NCBI GenBank assembly: GCA_040219255.1 | Contig: JAVJSW010000018.1 | Location: forward strand, 1 to 64,000 | Reading direction: 5' to 3' | Origin: Sumerlaeia bacterium | GTDB lineage: Bacteria; Sumerlaeota; Sumerlaeia; SLMS01; JAHLLQ01 | DNA: 64,000 nucleotides | Shown here: positions 18,511-30,684 of the stretch, in pieces | Numbering within the stretch: the first letter of the stretch is position 1 | How the letters are laid out: every line of letters begins with the position of its first letter | Made by a program: the position numbers and the translations under genes | The notes under the pieces: generated by a model | Told to the model about the DNA's origin: nothing | Seen by the model: the letters and a program-made list of their open reading frames with translations, nothing else | The model's database searches: none

Positions 18511-19836
18511 TTATTTAGGAGAGGATGAGGCGGCGGCCCGCTCGCGCTCGGCTTCTCCTTCGTGCAGAGCCATGGGCGACAGAGGTACGAGGGGCCGGCC
18601 TCCGGGCGCGGACTGAGCCACCGTCTCGGGGGGCGTCCGCCAGTTCGCCTCGACGCGCCGCAGCCGCAAACCCAGCATCATCAATCCGGACAGCAGAATC
18701 AGAACGACCGCGGACAGGAACGGCACCACGGCGCCAAAGGCCGCGAAAAGCGAGGTGGCCATCCAGGGCCCCAACCCCCGCCCCAGAGTCTGGGCGCTTT
18801 GGCTGATGCCCATGATTGTTCCCTGATCTTCGTTGCGCACCAACTGCGAGAGCAGGGCCGTCAGCGTCGGCAACGCCAGCCCGGCTCCCAGCGACATGAT
18901 CGCGATGGCGATGTAGGACTGCGTCAGATTGGCCGTCAGAAAGGCGATCCCGCCCATGCCGGCCGCCATGATGATCACCCCCGCCAGGATCAAGCGCTTC
19001 TCGCCCAGGCGGGGAATCAGCGGCCTCAGCAGCCCGCCCTGGGCGATGGCGCTTGCCAGACCGACGACGGCGAAGGCGTACCCGAGGGTTTTCGTCGCGT
19101 CCGCTTCCCCGAGCCCGAACCAGGTCTCGATAGCCAGCGGATAGGCGCTCATGAAGTGCGTGTAGCCAACGGTCAGGACAATGCTGAGGGCCAGGACCCA
19201 CACGGCCTGGCGGTTGGAGAAAAGACCGCTCCAGGTCTCCCGGTTGAAAAGATCGCGGCGGGGCGTGGCGGAGCGCGACTGGCGCAGGGGCTCGGGAAGG
19301 GTTTCCGGCAAGGCCAGAAGGATCAGCAGCAGGGCGGCTCCCTGAAGCGCGAACATGATCCAGCCGAGCTGGGCGTAGCCGATGCCGGGACCCAGGAGGC
19401 CGCCGGTCAACGGACCGATGGTGAACGCGAGGCTGACCGCCGCGCCGATGGCGCCCATCCCCGCAGCTCGCTTCTCCAGGGGCGTGGCGTCGGCGACGAT
19501 GGCCTGCGCGACGCCGCTTTGGCCCGAGAGGACACTGTCGACGAGGCGGCTGGCGATGAGCAGGGTGACGCTGCCGGCGGCGGCCCAGAGCACCGACCCG
19601 GCCATCATGGCGAGGGTGCCGATCACCATGACCGGTTTGCGGCCCCACCGGTCGCTCACCATGCCCCAAAATGGCGCACTGACGGCGCGCGGACCGGACA
19701 GGGCGAACCAGAGCAGGCCAAGGGTTTCGGCGGTACCGCCGAGCGTGTCGTTGTAACCCGCCAGGGTACTGAAATTGATCCCCAGACAGGTGAGCTGGAG
19801 AAAGACGATCAGGGCGAGAGTCAGGAGAACGGGCAT
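18511..19836 (-). CDS. MFS transporter (TetA/DHA1-like)
   Basis: Motif A (GMVSDRWGRKPV), motif C (FTIGPLTGG) and about 12 TM segments. Confidence 0.9.
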   Translation of the reverse strand: MPVLLTLALIVFLQLTCLGINFSTLAGYNDTLGGTAETLGLLWFALSGPRAVSAPFWGMVSDRWGRKPVMVIGTLAMMAGSVLWAAAGSVTLLIASRLVDSVLSGQSGVAQAIVADATPLEKRAAGMGAIGAAVSLAFTIGPLTGGLLGPGIGYAQLGWIMFALQGAALLLILLALPETLPEPLRQSRSATPRRDLFNRETWSGLFSNRQAVWVLALSIVLTVGYTHFMSAYPLAIETWFGLGEADATKTLGYAFAVVGLASAIAQGGLLRPLIPRLGEKRLILAGVIIMAAGMGGIAFLTANLTQSYIAIAIMSLGAGLALPTLTALLSQLVRNEDQGTIMGISQSAQTLGRGLGPWMATSLFAAFGAVVPFLSAVVLILLSGLMMLGLRLRRVEANWRTPPETVAQSAPGGRPLVPLSPMALHEGEAERERAAASSSPK

Positions 19837-20281
19837 GGGATCGGGCGGTAAGCGGAGGGCGCCGGGAGTGTTTGGGCAAGCGTGCCACGGAGACCGGCGG
19901 ATTTAGGGAACAAGAATCCTGCCGGGTGGCGAGAGCTATTCGCGGGGGTGCGTGTTTGGGTTGTCAAACAAAGTGTGAGGTATTCAATGCGAGGGAAAAG
20001 GGTTTTGGCGCCTTGCGCGAGATCTTGTGGAAAATAGGAAAAGATGAGCGGCATCAGTGATTTTACGGGTCTGAAATTGAGGGTTGAACTCTTGTGTTTG
20101 CAACGAACCGGGAGAGATTTTTCATTCCATAGAAGACAAATATGGGTGTATTTAGCTGAAAAAGATGGGGATTCCAAAAGGGTTGGAAAAGGGCTGAAAA
20201 GCCCTTGCGTGTCCGGGGCCATTCCGTAGTGTCTCCGCACGCCGTGACTGGGAATTGGCGGGCCAAGAGTTGGCCGCGAGT

Positions 20282-20299
20282 CCGTGAAAAAATTCACAA
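20282..20299. promoter_or_regulatory. Rex-box/CRP-family palindrome upstream of actA
   Basis: CCGTGAA-AAAA-TTCACAA against the Rex consensus TTGTGAA-N4-TTCACAA (12 of 14 defined positions). Confidence 0.6.
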
Positions 20300-20407
20300 A
20301 CCCTTCGGAACGGCCTTGACCACCTTCGCCGCTTTTGCGCCCACTCGCCCTCCCTTTACGCTATGGGTCCAAACTCGGCACCTTGATACAGGAGATTGCT
20401 GGAAATT

Positions 20408-21274
20408 ATGAGTGTGACGGTCCGATCGCTCTTGTCTCGCTGGCGCGTTGTCTTTCTGGGCGGCGCCCTTCTTGTCGGCGGCGGCATCAAGGCGCTCTCA
20501 CTTTCCAATAACCAGGGTTATCAGCCCACCCAGCCTATCTACTACAGTCACGCTTTGCATGCAGGCGCGATCGAGGATGGGGGTCTGGGCATGGAGTGTC
20601 TTTATTGCCACGGCAACGCCGAGGTGAGTCACCACGCCTCGGTGCCGAGCGTGGACACCTGCATGACGTGCCACGCCTACGTTCAGACGCAGACCGAGAA
20701 TATCCAGAAGCTGACCGAGTACTACGAAAATAATGAGTCGGTTCCGTGGGTGCGCATTCACCGCCTTCCCGACCACGTCTATTTCCCGCATAAGCAGCAT
20801 GTGGCGGCGGGCGTGTCCTGCCAGACCTGTCACGGTCCGATGCAGGACATGGAGGTGGTCTATCAGGCGGAAGTGCTGTCGATGGGTTGGTGCATCAGCT
20901 GCCACCGCGACGACAACTACCTGAAGACGCCGGCGACGCGGGACTTCGCGAAGTTCACGACGCACAACGCGGCGAGCGAATTCCACTCGTTCCGTCAGAC
21001 GGACGCGAAAGCGACCCTCGACATCGAGTACGTGAGCATCGCCGAGGGCGCCGAGTTCCAGACCGTGGACGAGTTGAAGGAAATCACCAAGGCGTTGAAC
21101 GCGGAGGTGAAGCGCGGCAAATTCGCGAAGAACGAGGTTGAGAAGCGTCTCGACATGATCGTCACGAATACGCTGGGTTACAACAACTACGCCAAGCAAA
21201 CGGGCCCGGGAGCGATCGATCACGTGACGGAATTCCAGAACGCGAACATCTCCTGCGTGTTCTGCCACCACTAA
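20408..21274 (+). CDS. actA: Alternative complex III pentaheme cytochrome c subunit
   Basis: N-terminal TM helix, GYQPTQPI..SHALHAG, five CxxCH motifs (CLYCH, CMTCH, CQTCH, CISCH, CVFCH), WVRIHRLPDHVYF and LSMGWC. Confidence 0.93.
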   Translation: MSVTVRSLLSRWRVVFLGGALLVGGGIKALSLSNNQGYQPTQPIYYSHALHAGAIEDGGLGMECLYCHGNAEVSHHASVPSVDTCMTCHAYVQTQTENIQKLTEYYENNESVPWVRIHRLPDHVYFPHKQHVAAGVSCQTCHGPMQDMEVVYQAEVLSMGWCISCHRDDNYLKTPATRDFAKFTTHNAASEFHSFRQTDAKATLDIEYVSIAEGAEFQTVDELKEITKALNAEVKRGKFAKNEVEKRLDMIVTNTLGYNNYAKQTGPGAIDHVTEFQNANISCVFCHH

Positions 21275-21332
21275 TTCCCCGCCCTTCTCTGCTGAGATTC
21301 ACTCCCCATTGGAAGAGACGCCGATTTCGACC

Positions 21333-24300
21333 ATGTCCGATCAGAAGACGCCTCACGCCCCGCTCGTTTGGTCCACCACGGAAGAGTTAGAGCGCGATCC
21401 CGATGCGCTCGCTCGCCAAGGCGGGGGCGATTGGAACAGTAAGCCAAAGGGCTTCCAGACGCCTTTGGGCGAGCTTTCGCTGCCGGAGATGAATCTCCGG
21501 CGCCGCGATTTCCTCAAGCTCAGCGGGTTCGCCGCGGTGCTGGCGGCGGTGGGCTGCTACGAGCGCCCCGAGTCCGAGCTGCGCCCCTACGTCGTCCAGC
21601 CCGAGGAAGTGACCGGCGGCATTCCCAACTACTATTCCTCCACCTGCCAGGGCTGCTCCGCTGCCTGCGGCATCGTGGTGAAGACCTATCAGGGCCGGCC
21701 CATCAAGCTGGAAGGCAATCCCTTCCACCCGGTGAATCACGGTGCGCTCTGCAGCAAGGGCCAGGCCCAGGTCCTCGGTCTTTACGATCCGGACCGCCTG
21801 CGCCGACCCGGCCGCATCAAGGCCGGCGAGCTGGCGCAAGAAGAGCTGGACTGGGACGTGGCATACGCCGAGCTGGCCGATCGGCTGAAGTCGGCGAAGA
21901 ACCCGGTTCTTCTGACCACGTCGATTCACGGCCCGGCGCGCACCGAACTGCTCGCGCGTTTCAAGAAGGTTTTCCCCAAGCTGCGCCACGTGTCGTTCGA
22001 GGCTTTTGGCGACAACACGCTGCTGCGTCACGAGGAAGCGGTCTACGGCAAAGCGCTGCGCCCGCGCTATCGCTTCGACAAGTGCGAAACGGTTGTGTTG
22101 CTCGGCGCCGACCCGATGAGCCAGGGCGGCAGTCCGCTCGAATACCAGCGGGGCCTCGGCGGCGTGCGCAAGGTGCGCAGGGACGACCACGGCCACGTCA
22201 CTATGGGTAAGGTGTTCGCCTTCGAGCCGGTGATGACCCTCTCGGGCATGAACGCGGACGAGCGCTATCCGGTTCGCCCGGATCAGATGCTGGACCTGGC
22301 GCTGGCGCTGGCGGCGCAGCTCGCCGCCGACGGCCACGTGGTGGGCGGCGCGAACGTCGCCAACATCGCCAGAAACGCCGCCGATCCGGCAGCGGTCGAG
22401 GCGGAGCTGGGCCTGCCCAAGGGCGTCGTCAAGCGCTGCGCCGATCAGCTCTGGGCCTCCAAGGGCAAGAGCCTGGTCTATTCGAACAGCCTGATGAACG
22501 CGATGGGCGCGGAGTGGGAGGCGCAGTTGGCGCTGACCACGGCGCTGCTGAACGCGATGCTGGGCAACGATGGCGAGACGATCGAGCGCTCGCGCCCGGC
22601 CAATCAGCTTCAGGGTTCGCCGGACGCTTTCGCTGGCCTGATGGAAGAGATGAAGGCGGGCGAGGTGGACGTGCTCCTGGTCGCCGACGCCAACCCGGCT
22701 TACAGCCTGCCCGAATCGGCCGATTTCGCCGACGCGATGCGGCGCGTGGCGTATTCGGTCAGCTTCTCGAGCCACCTCGACGAGACCGCCCGCCTGTGCC
22801 GGGTGGCCCTGCCGGGGCTGCACTTCCTGGAGAACTGGGGCGACGCCGAGCCCTACGCGGGAATCTACAGCATTCAGCAGCCGGCCATCGGCCCGATCTG
22901 GAACAATCGCGCGATGGAGGACTCCCTCATCGCGGTCGCCAAGAAAGCCGGTGGCACCGAATTCGACATCGAGAAATACAAGATTCTCCGCCCCGCTCTG
23001 CAGGGCGCCCAGGGCAACCCGCCACCCTTGCCGGACACGCCCCCGTGGTACGATTTCGTGCGCAACGTGTGGAGCACCACCGTTCGCGAAGCGGTGGCTC
23101 CCGACCTGGGCGAGGAAGAATTCTGGCACGACTGCCTGCGCAAGGGCGTAGCGGTGGCCGAACCCAAAGGCCAGGAATCGCAACTGAATCCCGGCGCCGT
23201 GAAGCTGGCCAGCGCCGACGAACGCCAGCGCATGAAGGGCAAAGCGGGCCAGGGGTTGACCCTGGTGACCTATGCGATGCCCAACCTGGGCGACGGGCGA
23301 TTCGCCAATAACCCTTGGCTGCTCGAGTTGCCGGACCCGGTCTCGCGCATTTGCTGGGATAACTTCGCCGCCGTTTCGTATGGCTTGGCGAAGCGGGAGA
23401 AACTCAAAGACGGGGATGTGATCGAACTGACCGCCAACGGCGTGACCAAGCGTGTGCCGGTGCGGATTCTGTTCGGTGCCCACCAGGACGTCATCGGCGT
23501 CGGCACGGGCTGGGGCCGCGAGCACGCGGGCACGGTGCGCGACGAGGACTCATTGTCTTTCAACGCCTTCGAATACGGCCGCGTGGTCGGCAAAGGCGAC
23601 AGCGCTCATCTTGTTTACTCCGGCGCGCTGGCCACGATCAAGAAAACCGGCGACACCTATCGCCTGGCCGACATCATGGGCCACAACTACCTGAAAGCCG
23701 ACCCGGCGGATGCGGAAGAATTTCGCCGGCCGATCGTTCAGGAAGTCGCCCTGGAGGATTACCTCCACGACGACACGGCGGCCCAGCCTCCGCACCACAT
23801 CCCCTATCACAAGGGCCACGATCCGTACGACAGCCTGTGGGGCGAGACGCCGGCGGAGGACCGCTACTGGCGCCACAAGTGGCACATGACGATCGATCTG
23901 AACGCCTGCACCGGCTGCAACGCCTGCATGGTGGCCTGTCAGGCGGAGAACAACATCCCGGTCGTGGGCAAGCGCGAAGTGCTGGTCGGCCGCGAGATGC
24001 ACTGGATCCGCATCGACCGCTACTACAAGGCGAACGAGGACTACCTGGACAACCCGGACGTCCTGAAGCACCCGATGCTTTGCCAGCACTGCGACAACGC
24101 GCCCTGCGAAACGGTCTGCCCGGTGCTCGCCACGGTGCACAACGACGAAGGCCTGAACACACAGATCTACAACCGCTGCGTGGGTACGCGGTACTGCGCG
24201 AACAACTGCCCGTACAAGGTGCGCCGCTTCAACTTCTATCAATACAGCGATTACCGCCGCGGGCCTCACTTCCCGGATCAGAAGCTGAAGGGCACACCGC

Positions 24301-24812
24301 TCATCATGGCGCTGAACCCGGAAGTGACCGTCCGCACCAAGGGCATCATGGAGAAGTGCACGTTCTGCTATCAACGCATCGCCGACGCGAAATGGCACGC
24401 GAAGCAGGAGAAGCGCAACATCCGCGAGGGTGAAGTGCTGACCGCTTGCCAGCAGACCTGCCCGACGCAGGCGATCAATTTTGGCGACGCGCTCAATCCG
24501 GAGCACTCGGTGAACACGGTTTACAAAGAGCACGCGTACCGGCTGGGCTTCAAGGTCCTGGACGAAACGAACACTCGCCCCAACGTGCTGTACCTGGCCC
24601 AGGTGCGCAACCGCGCGCCCGGCGCCTGGGACAAGGAGCGCCAGGCCGAGAAGCATCACGGCTATGGCGACGACCACGGCAAGGACGGAAAGAAGGGTCA
24701 CGGCAAGGGCGACGACCACATGCCCGAGGCCCCCGATCACGTGATCGACCATAGCAACGTCGAGCCGGAACCGGCTCCCCTGACTCCCGCCGCGCACACG
24801 GAGAGCCATTGA
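21333..24812 (+). CDS. actB: Alternative complex III subunit B (molybdopterin-oxidoreductase-like plus Fe-S domains), Tat lipoprotein
   Basis: Tat motif RRRDFLK and lipobox AAVGC. Motifs [59 protein letters not shown] and EKCTFC. Confidence 0.95.
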   Translation: MSDQKTPHAPLVWSTTEELERDPDALARQGGGDWNSKPKGFQTPLGELSLPEMNLRRRDFLKLSGFAAVLAAVGCYERPESELRPYVVQPEEVTGGIPNYYSSTCQGCSAACGIVVKTYQGRPIKLEGNPFHPVNHGALCSKGQAQVLGLYDPDRLRRPGRIKAGELAQEELDWDVAYAELADRLKSAKNPVLLTTSIHGPARTELLARFKKVFPKLRHVSFEAFGDNTLLRHEEAVYGKALRPRYRFDKCETVVLLGADPMSQGGSPLEYQRGLGGVRKVRRDDHGHVTMGKVFAFEPVMTLSGMNADERYPVRPDQMLDLALALAAQLAADGHVVGGANVANIARNAADPAAVEAELGLPKGVVKRCADQLWASKGKSLVYSNSLMNAMGAEWEAQLALTTALLNAMLGNDGETIERSRPANQLQGSPDAFAGLMEEMKAGEVDVLLVADANPAYSLPESADFADAMRRVAYSVSFSSHLDETARLCRVALPGLHFLENWGDAEPYAGIYSIQQPAIGPIWNNRAMEDSLIAVAKKAGGTEFDIEKYKILRPALQGAQGNPPPLPDTPPWYDFVRNVWSTTVREAVAPDLGEEEFWHDCLRKGVAVAEPKGQESQLNPGAVKLASADERQRMKGKAGQGLTLVTYAMPNLGDGRFANNPWLLELPDPVSRICWDNFAAVSYGLAKREKLKDGDVIELTANGVTKRVPVRILFGAHQDVIGVGTGWGREHAGTVRDEDSLSFNAFEYGRVVGKGDSAHLVYSGALATIKKTGDTYRLADIMGHNYLKADPADAEEFRRPIVQEVALEDYLHDDTAAQPPHHIPYHKGHDPYDSLWGETPAEDRYWRHKWHMTIDLNACTGCNACMVACQAENNIPVVGKREVLVGREMHWIRIDRYYKANEDYLDNPDVLKHPMLCQHCDNAPCETVCPVLATVHNDEGLNTQIYNRCVGTRYCANNCPYKVRRFNFYQYSDYRRGPHFPDQKLKGTPLIMALNPEVTVRTKGIMEKCTFCYQRIADAKWHAKQEKRNIREGEVLTACQQTCPTQAINFGDALNPEHSVNTVYKEHAYRLGFKVLDETNTRPNVLYLAQVRNRAPGAWDKERQAEKHHGYGDDHGKDGKKGHGKGDDHMPEAPDHVIDHSNVEPEPAPLTPAAHTESH

Positions 24813-24814
24813 TC

Positions 24815-26353
<1,539 letters not shown>

Positions 26354-26359
26354 GGGATT

Positions 26360-26971
26360 ATGGGTACGCTTCCAAAACACTCGCTGGTGGGATTCTTCAA
26401 CGATCCCGACGAATTGATGCACGCCGCGGCCCAGGCCCGCAGCGAGGGCTTCCAGCATCTCGACGCCTACACGCCCTTCCCCATCCACGGCATCGAAGAG
26501 GTGCTGGGGCTGGACGAGGAGCGCAGCGGCCGCTTTCCCATTCCGCCCGTTCCCTTCACGAAGTTCAAGGGCGTGGGCTTTCATTTGCAGCGCTACCGCC
26601 GCATTCCGCAACTCGCCCTGACGGCGCTCTGTATCGGAGCGCTGGGCGGTTTCGTGCTCCAGTGGTGGACCCACGGCTACGACTGGCCGATCAACGTGGG
26701 CGGCCGGCCGGAAGGTATCGGCGCCTGGCCCGCCTACATCGTCATTACCTTCGAGAGCGGCATTCTGCTGGCGGGTCTGACGACCTTCTTCAGTCTGTTC
26801 GCCTTCACCAAGCTGTTTCCGAATCCCTTCGTGAAGACCCTGGATCCGGATTTGACGAACGACCGATTCGCGCTGGTCATTCCGGTGGATCCGGAGAACG
26901 AGGATTACGAAACCGAAGCCGCCAAGTTGCTCCAAAGGATGGGTGCCGATGAAATTCTCAAAGTGGACTAA
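26360..26971 (+). CDS. actD: Alternative complex III subunit D (DUF3341)
   Basis: Motifs DAYTPFPIHG, WPINVGGRP and ITFE. Lies directly after actC. Confidence 0.92.
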   Translation: MGTLPKHSLVGFFNDPDELMHAAAQARSEGFQHLDAYTPFPIHGIEEVLGLDEERSGRFPIPPVPFTKFKGVGFHLQRYRRIPQLALTALCIGALGGFVLQWWTHGYDWPINVGGRPEGIGAWPAYIVITFESGILLAGLTTFFSLFAFTKLFPNPFVKTLDPDLTNDRFALVIPVDPENEDYETEAAKLLQRMGADEILKVD

Positions 26972-27590
26972 GGCGCTCGCCGTGGCCGTTATGGCGTTTG
27001 GCCTTGGCTCCTGCGACGGTGTCCGGGAAACGCGCGAAATCATTTTCACTGGCGATATGCACTGGTCTCCCGCGGTGAAGAATCAGGAACCGGACTCGCT
27101 CGGTATCTCGCCCACCGGGTCCTTCAACCTGATTCCGCCCCCGGGTACGGTGGCCCACGACGCCGAGATCTACACGATTTCGAACGAGCAGGCGGACGCC
27201 CTGGCCAACAAGCTGGAGAACCCCGTGCCGCTGAACGCGGAAACGCTCAAGCTCGGCCAGAAGTACTACAACGTCAGCTGCCTGCCCTGCCACGGCCAGT
27301 TCGGCATGGGCTTCGGTCCGGTCGTGATGGTGCAGAAGGGCATGCCCCAGCCACCCTCGCTTCTCTCCGAGAAGGTCATGAACGAGTGGGGCGACGGCCG
27401 CATCTACCACGTGATCACCATGGGCCAGGCCCAGATGGCGTCCTACGCGGCGCGCGTCTCGCCCGAGCACCGCTGGATGATCGTTCATTACATTCGCGCC
27501 ATGCAGCGCGCCACCCAGCCCGAGGGCGGGGCTCAAGCCTCCGCCCCGGAGGCCGAATCGGGCGAACAAGCCCCCGCCAAAGGAGGCTGA
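26949..27590 (+). CDS. actE: Alternative complex III monoheme cytochrome c lipoprotein
   Basis: Lipobox LGSC, DMHWSP, PPPGTV, heme motif CLPCH, DGRIYHVIT.G..M and RW.IVHYIR. Confidence 0.92.
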   Translation: MKFSKWTKALAVAVMAFGLGSCDGVRETREIIFTGDMHWSPAVKNQEPDSLGISPTGSFNLIPPPGTVAHDAEIYTISNEQADALANKLENPVPLNAETLKLGQKYYNVSCLPCHGQFGMGFGPVVMVQKGMPQPPSLLSEKVMNEWGDGRIYHVITMGQAQMASYAARVSPEHRWMIVHYIRAMQRATQPEGGAQASAPEAESGEQAPAKGG

Positions 27591-27649
27591 CGGTTAGCCC
27601 GCTCTTCTTTCCCGCAACGCCAAGAAAGACTGACTGACCCAACCCGATT

Positions 27650-28948
27650 ATGTCCGCTCACGCTGTGAAATTCCAAAAGATCGAGAACCCAGGTCCGGTG
27701 CCGCTTTCCGCGGCGGTGACGCTGGGGGCGCTGGTGGCGGCCGTCGCTGGCGGCGTGCTCTGGTTCCTCTGCACCGGCGCCAATCCGCTCGGCGGCTATC
27801 AGGCCCTGCTGCTCCACTACATGCTGTTCATGATGCTGGCTCTAGGCGGCGTGGTCTTCGCCGCGATCCAGTACGTGGCCAGCGCCCGCTGGAGCATCGT
27901 CGTCCGCCGCCTGGCGGAAGGCATGGCGGCGTTCCTGCCCATCGCCTTTCTCGTCTTCCTGCTCCTGTGGGCCATGGGCGGCGAGACGCTCTATCACTCG
28001 GAGGTCGTCCGCGATGTGATGACCAAGCAGGTCGGCGTGGCGGGCGAAATCACCGGCGCCACGGAAGTCGAGGTGGTGCGCCCCGACTTCGCCCACGAAC
28101 TGCACCATTCCAAGGCCGTTTACCTGAGCCACAACGCGATGCTCATCAAGGGGATCGTCTATTATGCGATCTGGCTGGCGATGGCCTTCGTCATGATCAA
28201 GGTGAACTCCGTCGATCAGGACAAGAAGAAGGACCCGGCGGCGCACAACCGGAACAAAAAGCTTTCCATCGCGTTCCTGATTCTGTTCGCGGCGACGTTC
28301 TCGCTGCACAGTCTGGACATGCTCTCGGCGCTCGAAGCGCGGTTCTTCTCGACGATGTTCGGCGTGTACACGTTCGCGGGGCTTTTCCTCAGCACGCTGG
28401 CCGTTCTCACCATGCTGACGCACTATATGCGCCGCCGCAGCCCCGCCGTGCGCGAGGTCATCCAGGAGCGCCACATCTACGACCTGGGAACCTGGATGAT
28501 GGCGTTCTCGGTCTTCATGATCTACATCGGCTTCTCGCAGTACATGCTGATCTGGTACGCGAACCTGCCGGAAGAAACCTTCTACATGATCCACCGGACG
28601 CAGAACGGCTGGGAGTACGTCTTCGCCCTGCTGCCGTTCCTCAAGTGGTTCATTCCCTTCGCCGTGCTGATGCCCCAGCCCTTTCGCGCCAATCCGAAGA
28701 TTCAGATCATCGTGGCGCTGGCGATCCTGACGGGCCAGTGGTTCGATCTCTACTGGATGATTTATCCGGTCTTCAGCAAGGCCGGCCCCTTCATGACGGG
28801 TGCGGCGGGCATGGGCGCGCTGCTCGGCTCGTTCCTTGCACTTTTCGGTTTGTTCGCCCTGGCGACGGGCTTTTTCTTCAAGACCACGTCGCCCCTGGCC
28901 GTGGGCGACCCGCACATTCTTTCCAGCGCGAACGGGAGTTATCTCTAA
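27650..28948 (+). CDS. actF: Alternative complex III membrane subunit F
   Basis: Motifs ARWSIVVRRLAE, FFSTMFGVY, HIYDLG and YIGFSQYMLIWYANLPEET. Confidence 0.93.
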   Translation: MSAHAVKFQKIENPGPVPLSAAVTLGALVAAVAGGVLWFLCTGANPLGGYQALLLHYMLFMMLALGGVVFAAIQYVASARWSIVVRRLAEGMAAFLPIAFLVFLLLWAMGGETLYHSEVVRDVMTKQVGVAGEITGATEVEVVRPDFAHELHHSKAVYLSHNAMLIKGIVYYAIWLAMAFVMIKVNSVDQDKKKDPAAHNRNKKLSIAFLILFAATFSLHSLDMLSALEARFFSTMFGVYTFAGLFLSTLAVLTMLTHYMRRRSPAVREVIQERHIYDLGTWMMAFSVFMIYIGFSQYMLIWYANLPEETFYMIHRTQNGWEYVFALLPFLKWFIPFAVLMPQPFRANPKIQIIVALAILTGQWFDLYWMIYPVFSKAGPFMTGAAGMGALLGSFLALFGLFALATGFFFKTTSPLAVGDPHILSSANGSYL

Positions 28949-28949
28949 C

Positions 28950-29621
28950 ATGTCACAGCACGGAGCAGGCGAGCGCGAAGCCACCAGCGTTTGGGCCTAT
29001 GTACCCATGGCGGTCATCGGTATCGTCCTGGTGGCCTGGGTTTTCGCCACAGGCTATCTGCGTGGCGCGCATCAGGGCGCCCAGACGCCGGTCGATCCCA
29101 ACGTTCTTCCCAAAGACAACAAACCGGCCGTGAACGTGCGGGCCCTGGCACAGCCGGATGAAGAGTTGCTCAAGGAACTCTCCCGCGAGGGCAAGGTGCT
29201 CTACGAAGTGAACTGCGCCTCCTGCCACGGCAAGGAAGGCTACGGCGACGGCGATAAGGGCGTTGGCTTGAATCCGCCGGTGCGCAACTTCCACGAGAGC
29301 AATCCGGCCGCCTGGACGAACGGCAAGTCCTTCGCCGCGTTGTGGAAGACCCTTCACGAGGGCGCCAACGGCTCGATGTCCAATTACCGCCACCTTCCGG
29401 AAGACGACCGGGTTGCCATCGTCCACTATATGTCGAAGTGGATCCCCGAGCAGCCGGAGTTGACGGAAGACGACCTGGCGAGCCTGCCGACGGGCCGCGA
29501 AGCGGGTGCCGGCACCGTTGCCCCGATGGAAGCGCCAGAGCCGCCGCCGGTCGAAATCGGTGTGGCGATGAAATTGCTCTTGGAAGAGCGCGGCACCGAA
29601 CCGGCTCGTTCGGTCCAGTAA
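28950..29621 (+). CDS. Membrane-anchored monoheme cytochrome c
   Basis: N-terminal TM helix, CASCHG..G.GDG, PPVRNF and a distal Met in GSMSNY. Starts 1 nt after the actF stop. Confidence 0.88.
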   Translation: MSQHGAGEREATSVWAYVPMAVIGIVLVAWVFATGYLRGAHQGAQTPVDPNVLPKDNKPAVNVRALAQPDEELLKELSREGKVLYEVNCASCHGKEGYGDGDKGVGLNPPVRNFHESNPAAWTNGKSFAALWKTLHEGANGSMSNYRHLPEDDRVAIVHYMSKWIPEQPELTEDDLASLPTGREAGAGTVAPMEAPEPPPVEIGVAMKLLLEERGTEPARSVQ

Positions 29622-29689
29622 GTTGGAAAAAACCCCTGCGAGAGTAGGAAATCAAAAATTCCTTGCATGGCAAATGCTCATCATGAAGT

Positions 29690-29707
29690 TTGTGAATGAT
29701 TTCACAG
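29690..29707. promoter_or_regulatory. Rex-box/CRP-family palindrome abutting the coxB ribosome-binding site
   Basis: TTGTGAA-TGAT-TTCACAG (13 of 14 Rex positions). It is also a perfect TGTGA-N6-TCACA. Confidence 0.7.
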
Positions 29708-29718
29708 GGAGGTCGCCC

Positions 29719-30630
29719 TTGGGACGGCACTGCACTGTTCACCTGAAGACGATTTTGACCTTGGGCCTGCTCTGCGTGGCGTCCGGGGCGTACGCGCAAG
29801 CCGGACCCGGCTTGGACGATCCGATCACCAACTGGATCAACGAGCCGGTGACTTCGATCGCCCGCGAGGTTCGTAACAACTTCTGGTTCCTGACGCTGAT
29901 GTTCGCGCCGTTCCTGATCATCCCCCAGTTGGTCCTGCTGATCGGCATTTTCAAGTTCAAGGACTCGGCGAACCGCAAGCCCGCCACCTTCCACGAGAAC
30001 GTGCCGCTGGAAATCGCCTGGACCGCCATCCCGGCGCTCGTGCTGGTGGTGACGGCGGTGTCGAGTTTCCCGCTGATCAAGAAGATCGAAACGCCACCCC
30101 CCGCGGATGTGCGCATCGAAGTGATCGGGCACCAGTTCTTCTGGGAGTACCGCTATCCGGAATACGGCATCGCGATGTCGAACGAACCCCTCGTTCTGCC
30201 CAAGGGCGAGAACATCGTGGCGGACCTGACGAGCGTGGATGTGAACCATGCCTTCTGGGTTCCGGCCTTCGGTGTAAAAATGGACTGCGTTCCGGGCCGG
30301 ATCAATCAGATTTGGTGGAATGTGGAGAAGACGGGCTGGTACAAAGGGCAATGCGCCGAACTGTGCGGCGCGCTGCACGCGGCGATGCTGCTGGATGTTC
30401 ACGTGGTCGAGCCGGCGGAGTTTGAAGCCTGGATCGATGCGAAGCTGGCCGAACTGAACGGCGAACCGGGGGACGCGGCGGGCGCCGGCGAGTCCATCGC
30501 GGAGCAGGCCGACATCGACGACGCCGAGAACCAGGAAGCGGACCCGATCCGCCGCGAGGTCGATTTCATCAATCCGCCTCTGGACGAGCAGGGCCGGGCG
30601 ACGGATGCCGCCACGGAAACCACCGAATAA
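29719..30630 (+). CDS. coxB: Cytochrome c oxidase subunit II (CuA), with no fused cytochrome c
   Basis: Motifs LEIAWTAIP, GHQFFW, DVNHAFWVP and CAELCGALHAAM. TTG start after GGGAGG. Acidic C-terminal tail. Confidence 0.95.
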   Translation: MGRHCTVHLKTILTLGLLCVASGAYAQAGPGLDDPITNWINEPVTSIAREVRNNFWFLTLMFAPFLIIPQLVLLIGIFKFKDSANRKPATFHENVPLEIAWTAIPALVLVVTAVSSFPLIKKIETPPPADVRIEVIGHQFFWEYRYPEYGIAMSNEPLVLPKGENIVADLTSVDVNHAFWVPAFGVKMDCVPGRINQIWWNVEKTGWYKGQCAELCGALHAAMLLDVHVVEPAEFEAWIDAKLAELNGEPGDAAGAGESIAEQADIDDAENQEADPIRREVDFINPPLDEQGRATDAATETTE

Positions 30631-30684
30631 TCGACGACTGACCTTTAGATTTTTTTGACGTTTGAGAAGGGGGGACTCGCCGAA

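Noticed and set aside
14507-20034. Scattered DnaA-box-like 9-mers (about 14507, 16325 and 20026) as a replication origin
   Set aside because: Isolated single boxes kilobases apart, with no cluster and no dnaA/dnaN context.
19840-20280. AT-rich intergenic stretch with short ORFs as a foreign insert or sRNA
   Set aside because: No repeats, RBS-supported ORF or stable structure seen. It fits a divergent promoter region for the MFS gene and the act operon.
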